Virus record (IMG/VR): IMGVR_UViG_3300006922_000005
Source: a virus
Taxonomy: Duplodnaviria > Caudoviricetes
Direction: 5' to 3' (one strand)
Length of the DNA: 64,000 nt
Of the stretch, positions 55,183 to 64,000 are shown piece by piece. Positions within the stretch are counted from its first letter, which is position 1; every line of letters begins with the position of its first letter. A model generated the notes under the pieces. The model ran no database searches, was not told where the DNA came from, and saw nothing but the letters and a program-made list of their open reading frames with translations. The translations under genes and the position numbers were made by a program.

Positions 55183-56838
55183 CTATGCAAAGTAACTGAT
55201 AGAATAACTTAGGGTTCCTATACCATTACCGATTGGATTTCTATACTTAACTAGTAAAGTTTCACTACCTGATGTACTGTCCATGTCATCAAGTACTGCT
55301 GTCCATTCGATAGCACCGTCGCTCGTGCCTGTGTGACTGTAGTTGTCTGTTATGTTTATACTACTGTCATTTCTAATTGTAAGTGTTAACTTACCTTGTC
55401 TAGTTGTATCACTAGATGTTCCGTCTTTTACAACAAGATAATCAATGTATGCAATCTTATCTTTGGTAAAAGGTAATTTAATAATTTGTGTAGGTGCATC
55501 TACTTCTGATAGTGTTTCAGTTTTCAAACGTGATTTAGTATAATGTAATCCATCAACTGTTGGTTTAAATGGAACTGCACTTAATGAAGTTTGATTTACA
55601 AATGCATCTCTTTCAAAAAAGTCTCCAATACTTGCACATAGTTCACTATCAAATTTAATTACACTTGTTTGTGGTGAGTTTTGTCCGTTGCCGTTGTTAG
55701 CAACATCAATAAACACATTTGAAGATGATGTGTGTCCATATGGAGTTGTGTTGTTTGGTGCATGTACTGCAATACCAAAGTCATCAATCTTATCAAATTT
55801 ACAATTAGTAATTAAGTAATGTCTTGGACCTTGTGCTTGAGAACCTGATCCTGAACTTGTTCTACCTAAGTCAATACCAACATGACCAAATGTAAACAAA
55901 CTATCTTTAATTGTAATTGTTTGTGTGTCGTATATGCTGTAAACACCAATACTTAATTGTGTAAACTGACAGTTACTAATTGTAACGTTTTCAGATGTAA
56001 GTGCGCCTAAGCCTCTTACTTCAATACCAGACTGTGCCGCATCTAATCCTTGTAGTGCATTCCATGTACCTGTAAATTTAACATTATCAATAATACTTTC
56101 TGTTGTATTATCTAAGTAAAGTAATGGAGCATCTGCTGTTACTGTTGCGTCAACTGTTAGTGTCATACCTTGTATCATAATATTTTGTGGACGGCTAATG
56201 TTTTGCATTGAAGCAAACTCTACATAACTTCCCGGAGTACTATTTCCACCTACTGTTTGAAAAACAGGTTTTGCAGTTTGTGATAATTCATTTGTATCAA
56301 CATGCATTGTGATAATAGTTTTGTCAGGTCCGTCACCTATAATATTTGCATAAGGTGGAATATGAATTGTGTTTGTAATTTTATATGAGCCTGCTTCAAA
56401 CTTTAATGCTCTTCTTGAATTTGCATTAAACTTGTCGCTACTGTTTAAAAAGATTTGATCAACTGCTCTTTGTAATGCTTCAGTATCATCTGAAACACCA
56501 TCACCAATTACACCAAAACTTTTAATACTTACGATATCATCTAAACGTGTTTGTATATTTCTTTTAATTGGATTGTTAGAAAACTCGCCTGTTTGTACAG
56601 TTGCGTCTGTGTTTCCTTGGAATTCATATTGATCAAGTAATTGAAAAATGTTTGTTTTTTCTGTTAGGATTTCAGTATTTCCAACAGCCGGAGCACCTTC
56701 GGTTACACTGCCATTACCAATATATAATTTTTGTGTGTCTACTGCCCAGCCTAGTTCTGCACTGGCAAGTTGTGGTAAACCAGTTATAGTTTCCTTACCA
56801 CGTCTATGTTGAATTTTTGAAATTTGTACGACTGCCAC
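55183..56838 (-). CDS. Virion protein with pectate-lyase-like beta-helix
   Basis: MAVVQISKIQHRRG, SIKSFGVIGDGVSDDTEALQRA, G.YKI...I.IP. Confidence 0.75.
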   Translation of the reverse strand: MAVVQISKIQHRRGKETITGLPQLASAELGWAVDTQKLYIGNGSVTEGAPAVGNTEILTEKTNIFQLLDQYEFQGNTDATVQTGEFSNNPIKRNIQTRLDDIVSIKSFGVIGDGVSDDTEALQRAVDQIFLNSSDKFNANSRRALKFEAGSYKITNTIHIPPYANIIGDGPDKTIITMHVDTNELSQTAKPVFQTVGGNSTPGSYVEFASMQNISRPQNIMIQGMTLTVDATVTADAPLLYLDNTTESIIDNVKFTGTWNALQGLDAAQSGIEVRGLGALTSENVTISNCQFTQLSIGVYSIYDTQTITIKDSLFTFGHVGIDLGRTSSGSGSQAQGPRHYLITNCKFDKIDDFGIAVHAPNNTTPYGHTSSSNVFIDVANNGNGQNSPQTSVIKFDSELCASIGDFFERDAFVNQTSLSAVPFKPTVDGLHYTKSRLKTETLSEVDAPTQIIKLPFTKDKIAYIDYLVVKDGTSSDTTRQGKLTLTIRNDSSINITDNYSHTGTSDGAIEWTAVLDDMDSTSGSETLLVKYRNPIGNGIGTLSYSISYFA

Positions 56839-56871
56839 TGTGTTCTCCTAATTTATATGTGTATTTACCAA

Positions 56872-57567
56872 TTAGAAGTGATGATTGGCATAGTAATCTT
56901 CAACTCGCTTTAACCATTCGTTAGACCAGTGTTCAAACTCATCTGCTACTAGGTCAAATTGCTGGTATTCTAATGCTCTACTACACATAAACACATGTCC
57001 TTCACGTATATCAGTGCCGTATACTGCATTATGTGCCATAGCATATGCCGCCATCTGCAAATAGTAATCCTCTACCCATTCTTTTTTCTTAGGCTTGTTA
57101 GTTTGTTTAAAGTCCATAATACAAGGAGTTCCTTTGTACTGTCCTACAACATCACAAGTACCTGAATACATCTGTGGATAGTATAATGCTTGTTCAATAC
57201 CCCATACTTCATCTACATCTACTAGAGCAGATTCAATGATTACATCAGCCATTTTGTTTGCTTGAACATGTACTAGGTTATTGCCCGGCTTACGTTCTTC
57301 ACCTATAAGAAAACGTTCTAAATTGTTGTGCATTGCTGTACCAACACCTGCGGCCTCAGTTACAATTTGCTGTGCTTGTTTTTCGCCCACTCGCTTTTTC
57401 CATGCGATTAAATGCGTCATATCCTTCGTTTTACCTAGGATCGTTGTGACACTTGGTGTTTTACTACCATCGGGTGCTTCGTAAAGTCTTTTGCCTTGTA
57501 AGTTTATTTGTTTAACTGTGTGATACTTGTAACGTTCCACATAAGTTGGTGGGGTATGTTTTTCCAT
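56872..57567 (-). CDS. PD-(D/E)XK exonuclease
   Basis: PSVTTIL, GTAMH, E, GTCD, DFKQ, Y.LQ..AY. Confidence 0.88.
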   Translation of the reverse strand: MEKHTPPTYVERYKYHTVKQINLQGKRLYEAPDGSKTPSVTTILGKTKDMTHLIAWKKRVGEKQAQQIVTEAAGVGTAMHNNLERFLIGEERKPGNNLVHVQANKMADVIIESALVDVDEVWGIEQALYYPQMYSGTCDVVGQYKGTPCIMDFKQTNKPKKKEWVEDYYLQMAAYAMAHNAVYGTDIREGHVFMCSRALEYQQFDLVADEFEHWSNEWLKRVEDYYANHHF

Positions 57568-57627
57568 TAATAAAAAATCCTGTAGTTGTAGTATTAATTA
57601 TAACTTCTAAGGGGGACGAATGTCAAG

Positions 57628-57978
57628 TTATGAGCGTCTGTTTGTTGCTCGTTTTGCCATTTTTTCTATATTATTGGTTGGACTAGAGTCAACATCGTCA
57701 ACTGTACCATCTGCATCACGTTGCATTTGAGTGTTAAGTGTAACGCCATCTTGGTCAAAGTTTTTTATAACTGCTTTAACTTCATCTGATGTATCATACA
57801 AGTCTTTGAAGATTCCATAATCAAAACTACCATGACCGTTTGCTTTCATAAGCGAACCTATTGCTTGATAGGATAGTTCAGCAGTATTGTTTGTTTGGTT
57901 AGCACGTTGAATCTGATTGCGGAAAAGCAATACTATATCTTGTTCTAAATCACTACCTGAAAATTCAAATAGTCTCAT
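57628..57978 (-). CDS. Hypothetical virion protein
   Basis: MRLFEF N-terminus; ends MAKRAT. Confidence 0.6.
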   Translation of the reverse strand: MRLFEFSGSDLEQDIVLLFRNQIQRANQTNNTAELSYQAIGSLMKANGHGSFDYGIFKDLYDTSDEVKAVIKNFDQDGVTLNTQMQRDADGTVDDVDSSPTNNIEKMAKRATNRRS

Positions 57979-57988
57979 GTTCGACTCC

Positions 57989-59305
57989 TTATTGAGCCAA
58001 CTTGTTCATTATACGAGTTGATTCCGCTACTGATTTTTTCTTAGGTGTATATGACTCTGGTGTATCATTTTCTTCATCACTACCATTGTAGTTGTCATAG
58101 AATTCTGCATCACCGTGCTTTTCAATAAATGCTTTTCTAGTCATGCTTTCAGCATCATCTTCTAATGATTTTTTAACTGCACCTTCGCCAATTGACTCAC
58201 GCTTTTCTCTGCCTGCAGTTTCTTCTCCGCCACTTGCGGCATCACTTGCACTAAACTCATCTGATGGATCAATAGGATCAACTGCATCAACTGGTCCGTC
58301 TGCATCTACATCCATTGCAGGATCTAGTTCTTCACCTTCTGGATCAGCACCAATAGTATCTGCTGGTGCTTGTTCGCCTGTAACAATTTGTACACCTGCT
58401 GTAAGTGCTTCACGTGATGTAGTTAATACTTCTTGTGTTGCTTCTAATGCAGGTTTAACTGTTGCAACAAATGCTTCTGATTGTTCTAGGCCTAGTTCAT
58501 CTCTAATTGAGTCTGCTAGTTCTAACATTCCTTCTGCACCCATTTCAGCAACATCTTCTAAGAATGCTGTAAATCTATCTACCATGTCTTTTGCGGCCAT
58601 TGTTAATTCTGCTTGTTCTTCTGCGCCTTCTTTAACAATTTTACTTTCGCCTACTGCTTCAGCACTTGGCATTCCTTTTTTCATTGACTTCAATCTTTGT
58701 ACACCTTGCATAGTTAAGAAAGGTTTCATCATTGTTGTCATAGCATCTCTAAAGCCATCAATTTGTTGTTTGTTTAACGGCTTACCTTGCATAATCTTTT
58801 CAATTGCCATTCTAGCCAAGTTTGCTTTACTTGGATCGTCCATTACAACTCTTAATGCTGTAAGTACTTTAGAATCTTGTTTTGTATTGTTATCCATGTT
58901 AGGGTCAACGTCAGTACCTGCGCCTGGATCATCATCAACATCATCGTTTGGATTTGCTTCTGCAAAGTCACGTTGTACGTCAGCATCGTCAGATTCAACA
59001 TTCATAATGTCTTCGCCTAGATCGTACTCATCAACACTTTCAAGGGGATTATCAAGATATTGATTAATTGCACTTTCTACAATTTTGCTGATCAGCAATG
59101 TTTTTTGATATTCATCACTTTTTAGTGATTCATTAAACTTATGTTTAATTTCAAATTCTTTTAATTTATTTTGAATCTTTGTACTATAAGATTCTAGTTG
59201 TGCTTGGCTGTATTTGGCCACATCAACTGTAATACCATGTTTGCTACGTAAGTCTTTCTGTAAAGACTCTACTGTAACTGTGTTCATAAAATCTGACGTT
59301 TTCAT
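57989..59305 (-). CDS. Acidic prohead core/scaffold-like protein
   Basis: Very acidic, with many (L/I/V)xE gp21-type sites (LNE, VGE, IVKE, IGE, VAE). Confidence 0.55.
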   Translation of the reverse strand: MKTSDFMNTVTVESLQKDLRSKHGITVDVAKYSQAQLESYSTKIQNKLKEFEIKHKFNESLKSDEYQKTLLISKIVESAINQYLDNPLESVDEYDLGEDIMNVESDDADVQRDFAEANPNDDVDDDPGAGTDVDPNMDNNTKQDSKVLTALRVVMDDPSKANLARMAIEKIMQGKPLNKQQIDGFRDAMTTMMKPFLTMQGVQRLKSMKKGMPSAEAVGESKIVKEGAEEQAELTMAAKDMVDRFTAFLEDVAEMGAEGMLELADSIRDELGLEQSEAFVATVKPALEATQEVLTTSREALTAGVQIVTGEQAPADTIGADPEGEELDPAMDVDADGPVDAVDPIDPSDEFSASDAASGGEETAGREKRESIGEGAVKKSLEDDAESMTRKAFIEKHGDAEFYDNYNGSDEENDTPESYTPKKKSVAESTRIMNKLAQ

Positions 59306-59335
59306 CGTGTGTAATCCCCTAACGTTATTATAGTG

Positions 59336-59824
59336 TTATTTAGTGTCAAACAGTAAAGTTTCGGCCTCATCTAGAAGCAACCCTACTGTATCCTTGTATC
59401 TTTCATATCTAGGTATATATTCATGTAGCCTAGCATTATACATATCTATCTTAAGATAGTCCTTGTTTTGTTCAGCAACCTTTAATCCATGCTTTAAAAA
59501 GCGTATTTCATTATAATAGTGCAAATACTTATGATCTGCATCTAAATGCTCCTGTTCATCAAACTCTACGTCCATGCCCAAATATATTGATATTGCTACT
59601 GCTATCTTGTGACTAGCAATACCTTTATAGTATGATATCTTTGGATTATGTAGATTTAGTATATTATACCAGCCGTGTCTATCTTTCTTTATATAACAAT
59701 GTTTGAATTTGATTCCACCATTGTGCGAAACAGGTAACACAAATCCGTTTTGTTTCAAACGAATCTTTACTGACTGTGCAGTGGCCTGAAAGGTAGATAC
59801 TAATTTTTTAACTTCTGGTTTCAT
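59336..59824 (-). CDS. Hypothetical protein
   Basis: Intact 162-aa ORF. Confidence 0.55.
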   Translation of the reverse strand: MKPEVKKLVSTFQATAQSVKIRLKQNGFVLPVSHNGGIKFKHCYIKKDRHGWYNILNLHNPKISYYKGIASHKIAVAISIYLGMDVEFDEQEHLDADHKYLHYYNEIRFLKHGLKVAEQNKDYLKIDMYNARLHEYIPRYERYKDTVGLLLDEAETLLFDTK

Positions 59825-59847
59825 ATCTTTAAAGTATAGCGTAAAAC

Positions 59848-60513
59848 TTAATTTATTGCAAGATCTTTTTTATTATACTTAACCGTTTTGGGCATACCTT
59901 TTTGCTTTTTAGAAGGTTGCAGTTCAATTTCACTACCGGTTACATTCTTTACTTTCATTTTGGCATTCATTGTTTTGCTTGGACTTTTTGGATCTGCCAT
60001 AGGCACTTGGAATTCTTGCCCTCTTTGCAGTTTGGTTTGTTGTGTACCTTGCGTACCCTGTGTACCAATAGTTCCTTGTCCACTGCCTTGTTGTGAAAGT
60101 TTCTGTGCTGTGTTTGTTTTTAAACTTTGTTGGTTGTTGCTTTGTTTTCTAGCAGTACCACGTTCTTGTGAAGCAAGGTCAGTTCCTAGGTTACCTATTG
60201 CTTTGCCTATTTTGTTTCCTGTTGCTGGCTTGTTTGTACCTGACCCAGGTCCTGTTTTTGGTACTGGTGCCATGTTTCGTGCTGTTTTTCTAATTGTATT
60301 GCCTGCACCTCGTGCTAATGCTCCTGCACCACGTGCTAATGCTCCAGCGCCTCGAACTAATGCTCCGCCTGCAACTCTTGCGGCTGTTGCACCTGCTCCG
60401 GCAATAGCGCCGATAATAGGAAGTACTTCATCTAACTGTTCTTCAGTCAACTCATGATCGAGTATAACTTCTTTGAACTTGCTATGTTCTGAATCAATCT
60501 CGTCAATACGCAT
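59848..60513 (-). CDS. Low-complexity Gly/Ala/Gln virion protein
   Basis: MRIDEI N-terminus; LTE and LDE sites; GAGALAR and QGT repeats. Confidence 0.6.
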   Translation of the reverse strand: MRIDEIDSEHSKFKEVILDHELTEEQLDEVLPIIGAIAGAGATAARVAGGALVRGAGALARGAGALARGAGNTIRKTARNMAPVPKTGPGSGTNKPATGNKIGKAIGNLGTDLASQERGTARKQSNNQQSLKTNTAQKLSQQGSGQGTIGTQGTQGTQQTKLQRGQEFQVPMADPKSPSKTMNAKMKVKNVTGSEIELQPSKKQKGMPKTVKYNKKDLAIN

Positions 60514-60845
60514 TAACGTTTCCTTTTTTGTACTTTTGCTCTTTTAGGTGCTTTTGCTTTATTCTTACTTAATACTGCTCTACTTACTCCAGAACCTCGT
60601 TTGGTAAACATTGATTTCTTTGCCGCCAACTTAGGTGCTTTGGATCTAGTAACAGTCATTGTCTTTTTCTTTTGTGCATCAACTGGTGCATGACATGTAG
60701 ACATCTTTGCAACAATACGTCCTTTACGTGGACCACTTACACATCTAAACTTACGTGAAATTTGACCTTTGTGTGAACCACCTGGCTTACCACCTCGACC
60801 AAAGATAAACTTACCACCTGCTTCTGTTAATTCAAAAAGTCTCAT
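60513..60845 (-). CDS. Highly basic Cys-containing protein (paralog 1)
   Basis: MRLFELTE; RKFRCVSGPRKGRIVAKMSTCHAP. Confidence 0.65.
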   Translation of the reverse strand: MRLFELTEAGGKFIFGRGGKPGGSHKGQISRKFRCVSGPRKGRIVAKMSTCHAPVDAQKKKTMTVTRSKAPKLAAKKSMFTKRGSGVSRAVLSKNKAKAPKRAKVQKRKR

Positions 60846-61117
60846 CTTCTATTCAACGTCTTCAATGCTCTAGATGCTGGGTTTGTACGTTTAGTACGTT
60901 TAGCCTTACGCATCATTCTTTGTCCAAGTTTCTTACGTGTAATACGCATCTTCATTTTGGCTTGGATATTTGGTGGAGCAAAGCATTGTTGTGCTTTAGA
61001 CACAATACGTCCATGACGTTTGCCTCCACTACAACGAAACTTACGAACGAGGGCTTTGCCTTTTCGTCCCCAAATTTGCTTCTCCGCGAGATTATTAAAA
61101 AGTTCTACTAACAACAT
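60842..61117 (-). CDS. Highly basic Cys-containing protein (paralog 2)
   Basis: MLLVELFNNLAE; RKFRCSGGKRHGRIVSKAQQCFAP; late promoter 5 nt upstream. Confidence 0.65.
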   Translation of the reverse strand: MLLVELFNNLAEKQIWGRKGKALVRKFRCSGGKRHGRIVSKAQQCFAPPNIQAKMKMRITRKKLGQRMMRKAKRTKRTNPASRALKTLNRR

Positions 61118-61130
61118 GTTAGTATTTAGT

Positions 61131-61367
61131 TTAAGACATGTTAATGAGAATAACAACGACTGTAGATAACAGTCCTGCAATGATTGTACCTGAGGTACCG
61201 ATAATAACTTTAATTAAAGAAGAATGTGATTTACCTAAATCATCATGGATGTTTTGAACTTTTTCTTCAACTCCACCCAAACGTTTTTCTAGGTTGTTAT
61301 AACGTTGCTCACATAAGTCAACGTGTGCTTCTAAATTCTGTTTCTCTAAGTCTGTGGCACGTGCCAT
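61131..61367 (-). CDS. Coiled-coil protein with C-terminal TM
   Basis: LEAHVDLCEQRY coiled coil, then a hydrophobic tail; GGAG SD. Confidence 0.65.
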   Translation of the reverse strand: MARATDLEKQNLEAHVDLCEQRYNNLEKRLGGVEEKVQNIHDDLGKSHSSLIKVIIGTSGTIIAGLLSTVVVILINMS

Positions 61368-61472
61368 AGTTAATATCTCCGTAAACACCCTTTCTCTAAG
61401 GGTTATTAAGTAAACTCTTTGTCGTTAGCCTTAATGTGTTATGGTGTGCCTAGTTTGTGCCTTCATAGTTAT

Positions 61473-61880
61473 TTATACAACTTCAACGGTAATATTGGAA
61501 TTACCTTTGTTGTTTACTATAAACATTTTTGGTTTAGGTACCGTTTCAGTTAAACTACCAGTTATAGGTACCAGTTCTAAATCTTGCTTTAATAGACCTA
61601 CGGGGTCGCTTTTTTCATCAGTGTACGCATCAGCATGATCAACTTCAAATTCATATGTCCAAACTTTGTGTTCACCTTTGTAGTTTGTTCCAAATTCGCC
61701 TGTAACATCTCGAGTTGAGACAAACGGATCATCGTTGAGGTTGATCAAATTACGTAAGTTAATAACTTGCTGTAAAGTTTGAAAATTTTGTTGCTGAAGT
61801 AGTTTTTGCTCGTCACCTTGCCCCCTGCGTCTAACGTCAGTTCGGGTAACATCAACTAGTGTTTTGATACGTATCTTCAT
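61473..61880 (-). CDS. Hypothetical late protein
   Basis: MKIRIKTLVDVT; late promoter 5 nt upstream. Confidence 0.6.
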   Translation of the reverse strand: MKIRIKTLVDVTRTDVRRRGQGDEQKLLQQQNFQTLQQVINLRNLINLNDDPFVSTRDVTGEFGTNYKGEHKVWTYEFEVDHADAYTDEKSDPVGLLKQDLELVPITGSLTETVPKPKMFIVNNKGNSNITVEVV

Positions 61881-61896
61881 ACACATATTTACCAGC

Positions 61897-61931
61897 CATA
61901 AAAAAAGGGTGCCGTAAAAACGACACCCTCT
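61897..61931 (-). terminator. Intrinsic terminator
   Basis: AGGGTGTCG/CGGCACCCT stem with T run. Confidence 0.65.
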
Positions 61932-61954
61932 ATTAAACAAACTAATTTAGTTTA

Positions 61955-62218
61955 TTACGCTTGGTCGAAAGTTGCAACTAAAGCGATACCTGTTGTATTT
62001 TCAAGTCCGTTAGTTCCATCTGTGTTACCACCATCGCATAATAAGTGTGCAGTTCCAGTTGTTCCTGAAACACCTAATACTGACATGTTGTAAGTAGTAG
62101 TTGCTGATGCAATTGAATCAGCCATTGATATTGTACCTGTTGTGATTGCAAAAACAAAAGTTTTTCTGCCAACACCTTGACTTACTCCTACTGTTCCTGC
62201 TCCTGTTACTATAGCCAT
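61955..62218 (-). CDS. Small Gly/Thr-rich virion protein
   Basis: Strong AAAGGAG SD; late promoter. Confidence 0.65.
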   Translation of the reverse strand: MAIVTGAGTVGVSQGVGRKTFVFAITTGTISMADSIASATTTYNMSVLGVSGTTGTAHLLCDGGNTDGTNGLENTTGIALVATFDQA

Positions 62219-62297
62219 TTTATTTCTCCTTTAAAGTTTCTCTTATGGCGTTTCCCACTCTCCATGGGCAACGTACTATTATTTATACAAAGATCAT

Positions 62298-62327
62298 AAA
62301 AAAAGGGCGACACAAAGCCGCCCTTTT
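62298..62327. terminator. Bidirectional intrinsic terminator
   Basis: AAAAGGGCG...CGCCCTTTT. Confidence 0.7.
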
Positions 62328-62353
62328 GATACTTGTAAAAGTAATCTAATTAA

Positions 62354-62722
62354 TTAGATTGCTTCTAGGTCTGTTACTACTGTAACTGTTACTGTGTCAC
62401 CATCTGATAATGTTTGTACACCACCAGTTAGACCAGCCAACGTACCTGTGTCTAATACTTGTCCAACTGCTCTTGCAATTGAATTGATATCAACACCGTG
62501 TGTGTCTGCTACCATGTAGATTTCAGAACCATCTGCTTTAGTTTGTAAAATGTGTGACATTCCACCTAATGCATCTGTTACTTTAGCGGCCGCCGCGTCA
62601 GAACCCATAGCGCCAAGACCGTTACCACCTGCAAGTACAACTTTGAAAACTTGTACTTTAGTAAGTTCTTGCATAGTTCCTCTAGCAACTGCTGTTGGAT
62701 TTACTCTTGTAATTGAAGCCAT
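62354..62722 (-). CDS. Small Gly/Ala/Thr-rich virion (capsid decoration-like) protein
   Basis: MASITRVN; strong SD; late promoter. Confidence 0.65.
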   Translation of the reverse strand: MASITRVNPTAVARGTMQELTKVQVFKVVLAGGNGLGAMGSDAAAAKVTDALGGMSHILQTKADGSEIYMVADTHGVDINSIARAVGQVLDTGTLAGLTGGVQTLSDGDTVTVTVVTDLEAI

Positions 62723-62826
62723 TTTATTTCTCCTTTATTAATAATAAATTGCTCTTATGGCGTCTTCCACTCTCAATGGAATACGTGCTATTATTTATAG
62801 GATACTAGGAAAAATAATGTATATGC

Positions 62827-63702
62827 TTAACGTTTTACTCGTTTTGCTCTATTATGTACTTGTTTTAACAAGTTTACGTATCCAGGGCCTGCTTTAATTA
62901 TGTCGTTTACAATACGCATAACAGGAGCATATGCCTGTGCAAAACGTGGGGGAATACCTAAGCCTCTACTTGTCATACTTAATACTTTGTATGCAAAAGG
63001 CAAGTCTTTATTAGGTACACCTAATAGTCTTAACATCTGTATATCTTTTGTGTCTGCCTGTACAGGATCACTAACACTTACTGATGGCTCAGTGTCTCTA
63101 ACTTGTGAACTTTCCAAGTCGTAGTCTTTAACAAACAACACATAATAATCAACTATGTCTGAGTTGCGTCCTCTTGCTTTTAAAGCCATTTCTAATTCAG
63201 TAACTGCTTTACGTTTTTCTGTTGGAGTTAGTCTTCCGTAATTTGCAATACGTCTACGCAATCCACTGTAGCGACTGTTGGATAAGCCGTTGTCTATTTT
63301 TAACAAATCGTTTGCATCTGCATAACTTGGATTGCTATTAGTATAACTTCTTAACAATCTTTTTGCAGTTAGTGTAGGAAATGTAAAACGTTTACGCAAC
63401 ATCATTGCTGACCTTGAATCTTTTAGTTTTTCTACAATACGTTCATCGCCATCAATAATGTTTAACAAACAATGTAAGTCATTAGCACTACTTCTAAAGT
63501 TATTCCAATTTTGCCATTTAAGTACTTGTTCACTGTATAACTTTGCAAAGCGTCTACTTGGATAATGACGCATTACGTGTAATGCTAAAAAGTATAGTAG
63601 TACTAAATCAGAGGCATCAGTAAACGTTAATCTACTAACGCCATCTGAGTTGCGAATCATTTTGCCTTCTGTAATAAAATCTAAAAACTTAAACTCTGAC
63701 AT
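62827..63702 (-). CDS. Hypothetical virion protein
   Basis: MSEFKFLDFITE N-terminus; intact ORF. Confidence 0.6.
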   Translation of the reverse strand: MSEFKFLDFITEGKMIRNSDGVSRLTFTDASDLVLLYFLALHVMRHYPSRRFAKLYSEQVLKWQNWNNFRSSANDLHCLLNIIDGDERIVEKLKDSRSAMMLRKRFTFPTLTAKRLLRSYTNSNPSYADANDLLKIDNGLSNSRYSGLRRRIANYGRLTPTEKRKAVTELEMALKARGRNSDIVDYYVLFVKDYDLESSQVRDTEPSVSVSDPVQADTKDIQMLRLLGVPNKDLPFAYKVLSMTSRGLGIPPRFAQAYAPVMRIVNDIIKAGPGYVNLLKQVHNRAKRVKR

Positions 63703-64000
63703 TAACCAAAGTCCTTAGGAGTAGTAAAGTTTCTGCGACTGAATTCAAGTCTGTCAACAATTTTAACTGCTCCACCTGTATGATCAATTGCTACATAGCC
63801 TTCAGGTGAGCCTGCTTCATAGCCATCTGCTGTTTTATAAAAATGTGCAATGCTTTCAATGTTGTTAAGTTTAGTAATAAAAATTTTCTTTAGGTTTGTA
63901 ATCTCAGTCATAAAAATAATAATGCCCGACAACCCTTTTCTATTTGTATTAATAAAATTCATATTGTTTTCGATCTTTTGTAATCTATTTTTAACTGCTG
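63702..64000 (-). CDS. 3' end of a conserved phage protein (runs off the window end)
   Basis: Frame stays open to 64000; EGYVA...VKIVDRLEFS motif. Confidence 0.65.
   Translation of the reverse strand, partial: AVKNRLQKIENNMNFINTNRKGLSGIIIFMTEITNLKKIFITKLNNIESIAHFYKTADGYEAGSPEGYVAIDHTGGAVKIVDRLEFSRRNFTTPKDFG

Noticed and set aside
56872-57567. Cas4 or CRISPR association
   Set aside because: Lacks the Cas4 four-Cys FeS motif, and no repeat-spacer array is visible anywhere in the window
58143-59063. 306-aa Ser-rich plus-strand ORF
   Set aside because: Antisense shadow of the acidic scaffold-like gene (GAA/GCA codons give a stop-poor reverse frame)
59888-60457. 189-aa plus-strand ORF with CVP/APRAN repeats
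   Set aside because: Reverse complement of the low-complexity GTQ/GAGALAR repeats
1-64000. Alternative genetic code or suppressor tRNA
   Set aside because: Long conserved genes translate intact in code 11 and end in TAA, TAG or TGA; none of the seven tRNAs has a stop anticodon
1-64000. Cellular (bacterial) origin despite many metabolic genes
   Set aside because: T4-type late promoters, PAAR and fibre genes, capsid-targeting N-termini, dense small ORFs and isolated single genes from pathways indicate a phage

Overview
A 64-kb, AT-rich, gene-dense segment of a large T4-related myophage. It is almost entirely minus-strand and has no rRNA, CRISPR array or integrase. The host is most likely a marine alphaproteobacterium, judged from the Shemin-pathway ALA synthase, the circularly permuted two-piece tmRNA with an ANDNY-type tag, the hemO-pcyX-like cassette and a ROSE-like thermometer. 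Core phage functions: NrdAB with glutaredoxin, a PAAR protein, tail-fibre and beta-helix structural proteins, a scaffold-like protein, sigma70-type early promoters and T4-type TAAATA late promoters. Auxiliary genes: Cu/Zn SOD, UV endonuclease, SufT, KdsA/KdsB, a PMM-like HAD, glycosyltransferases, QueD, two ClpP paralogs with ClpX and ClpS, Hsp20, peroxiredoxin, GMP reductase, ribosomal protein bS21, an AdoMetDC-like protein, three 2OG-Fe(II) oxygenases, a transporter with an adjacent porin, and a curli-like cluster (CsgF, CsgG, two curlin-repeat proteins, FecR, CHASE2 adenylate cyclase). Seven tRNAs are present, including rare Ser(ACU) and Arg(GCG). The most striking items are non-coding and are absent from the ORF track. 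First, an apparent ribosome-mediated attenuator (a 21-aa leader with W-C-G-C codons, an antiterminator and a terminator) sits directly upstream of tRNA-Trp and tRNA-Cys. Second, a leaderless uORF and candidate pseudoknot precede queD. Also found: a ROSE-like element, duplicated covarying late leaders, AGGCA-repeat leaders and an unassigned structured RNA. All product calls are from motif recognition by eye; no database searches or folding programs were run.
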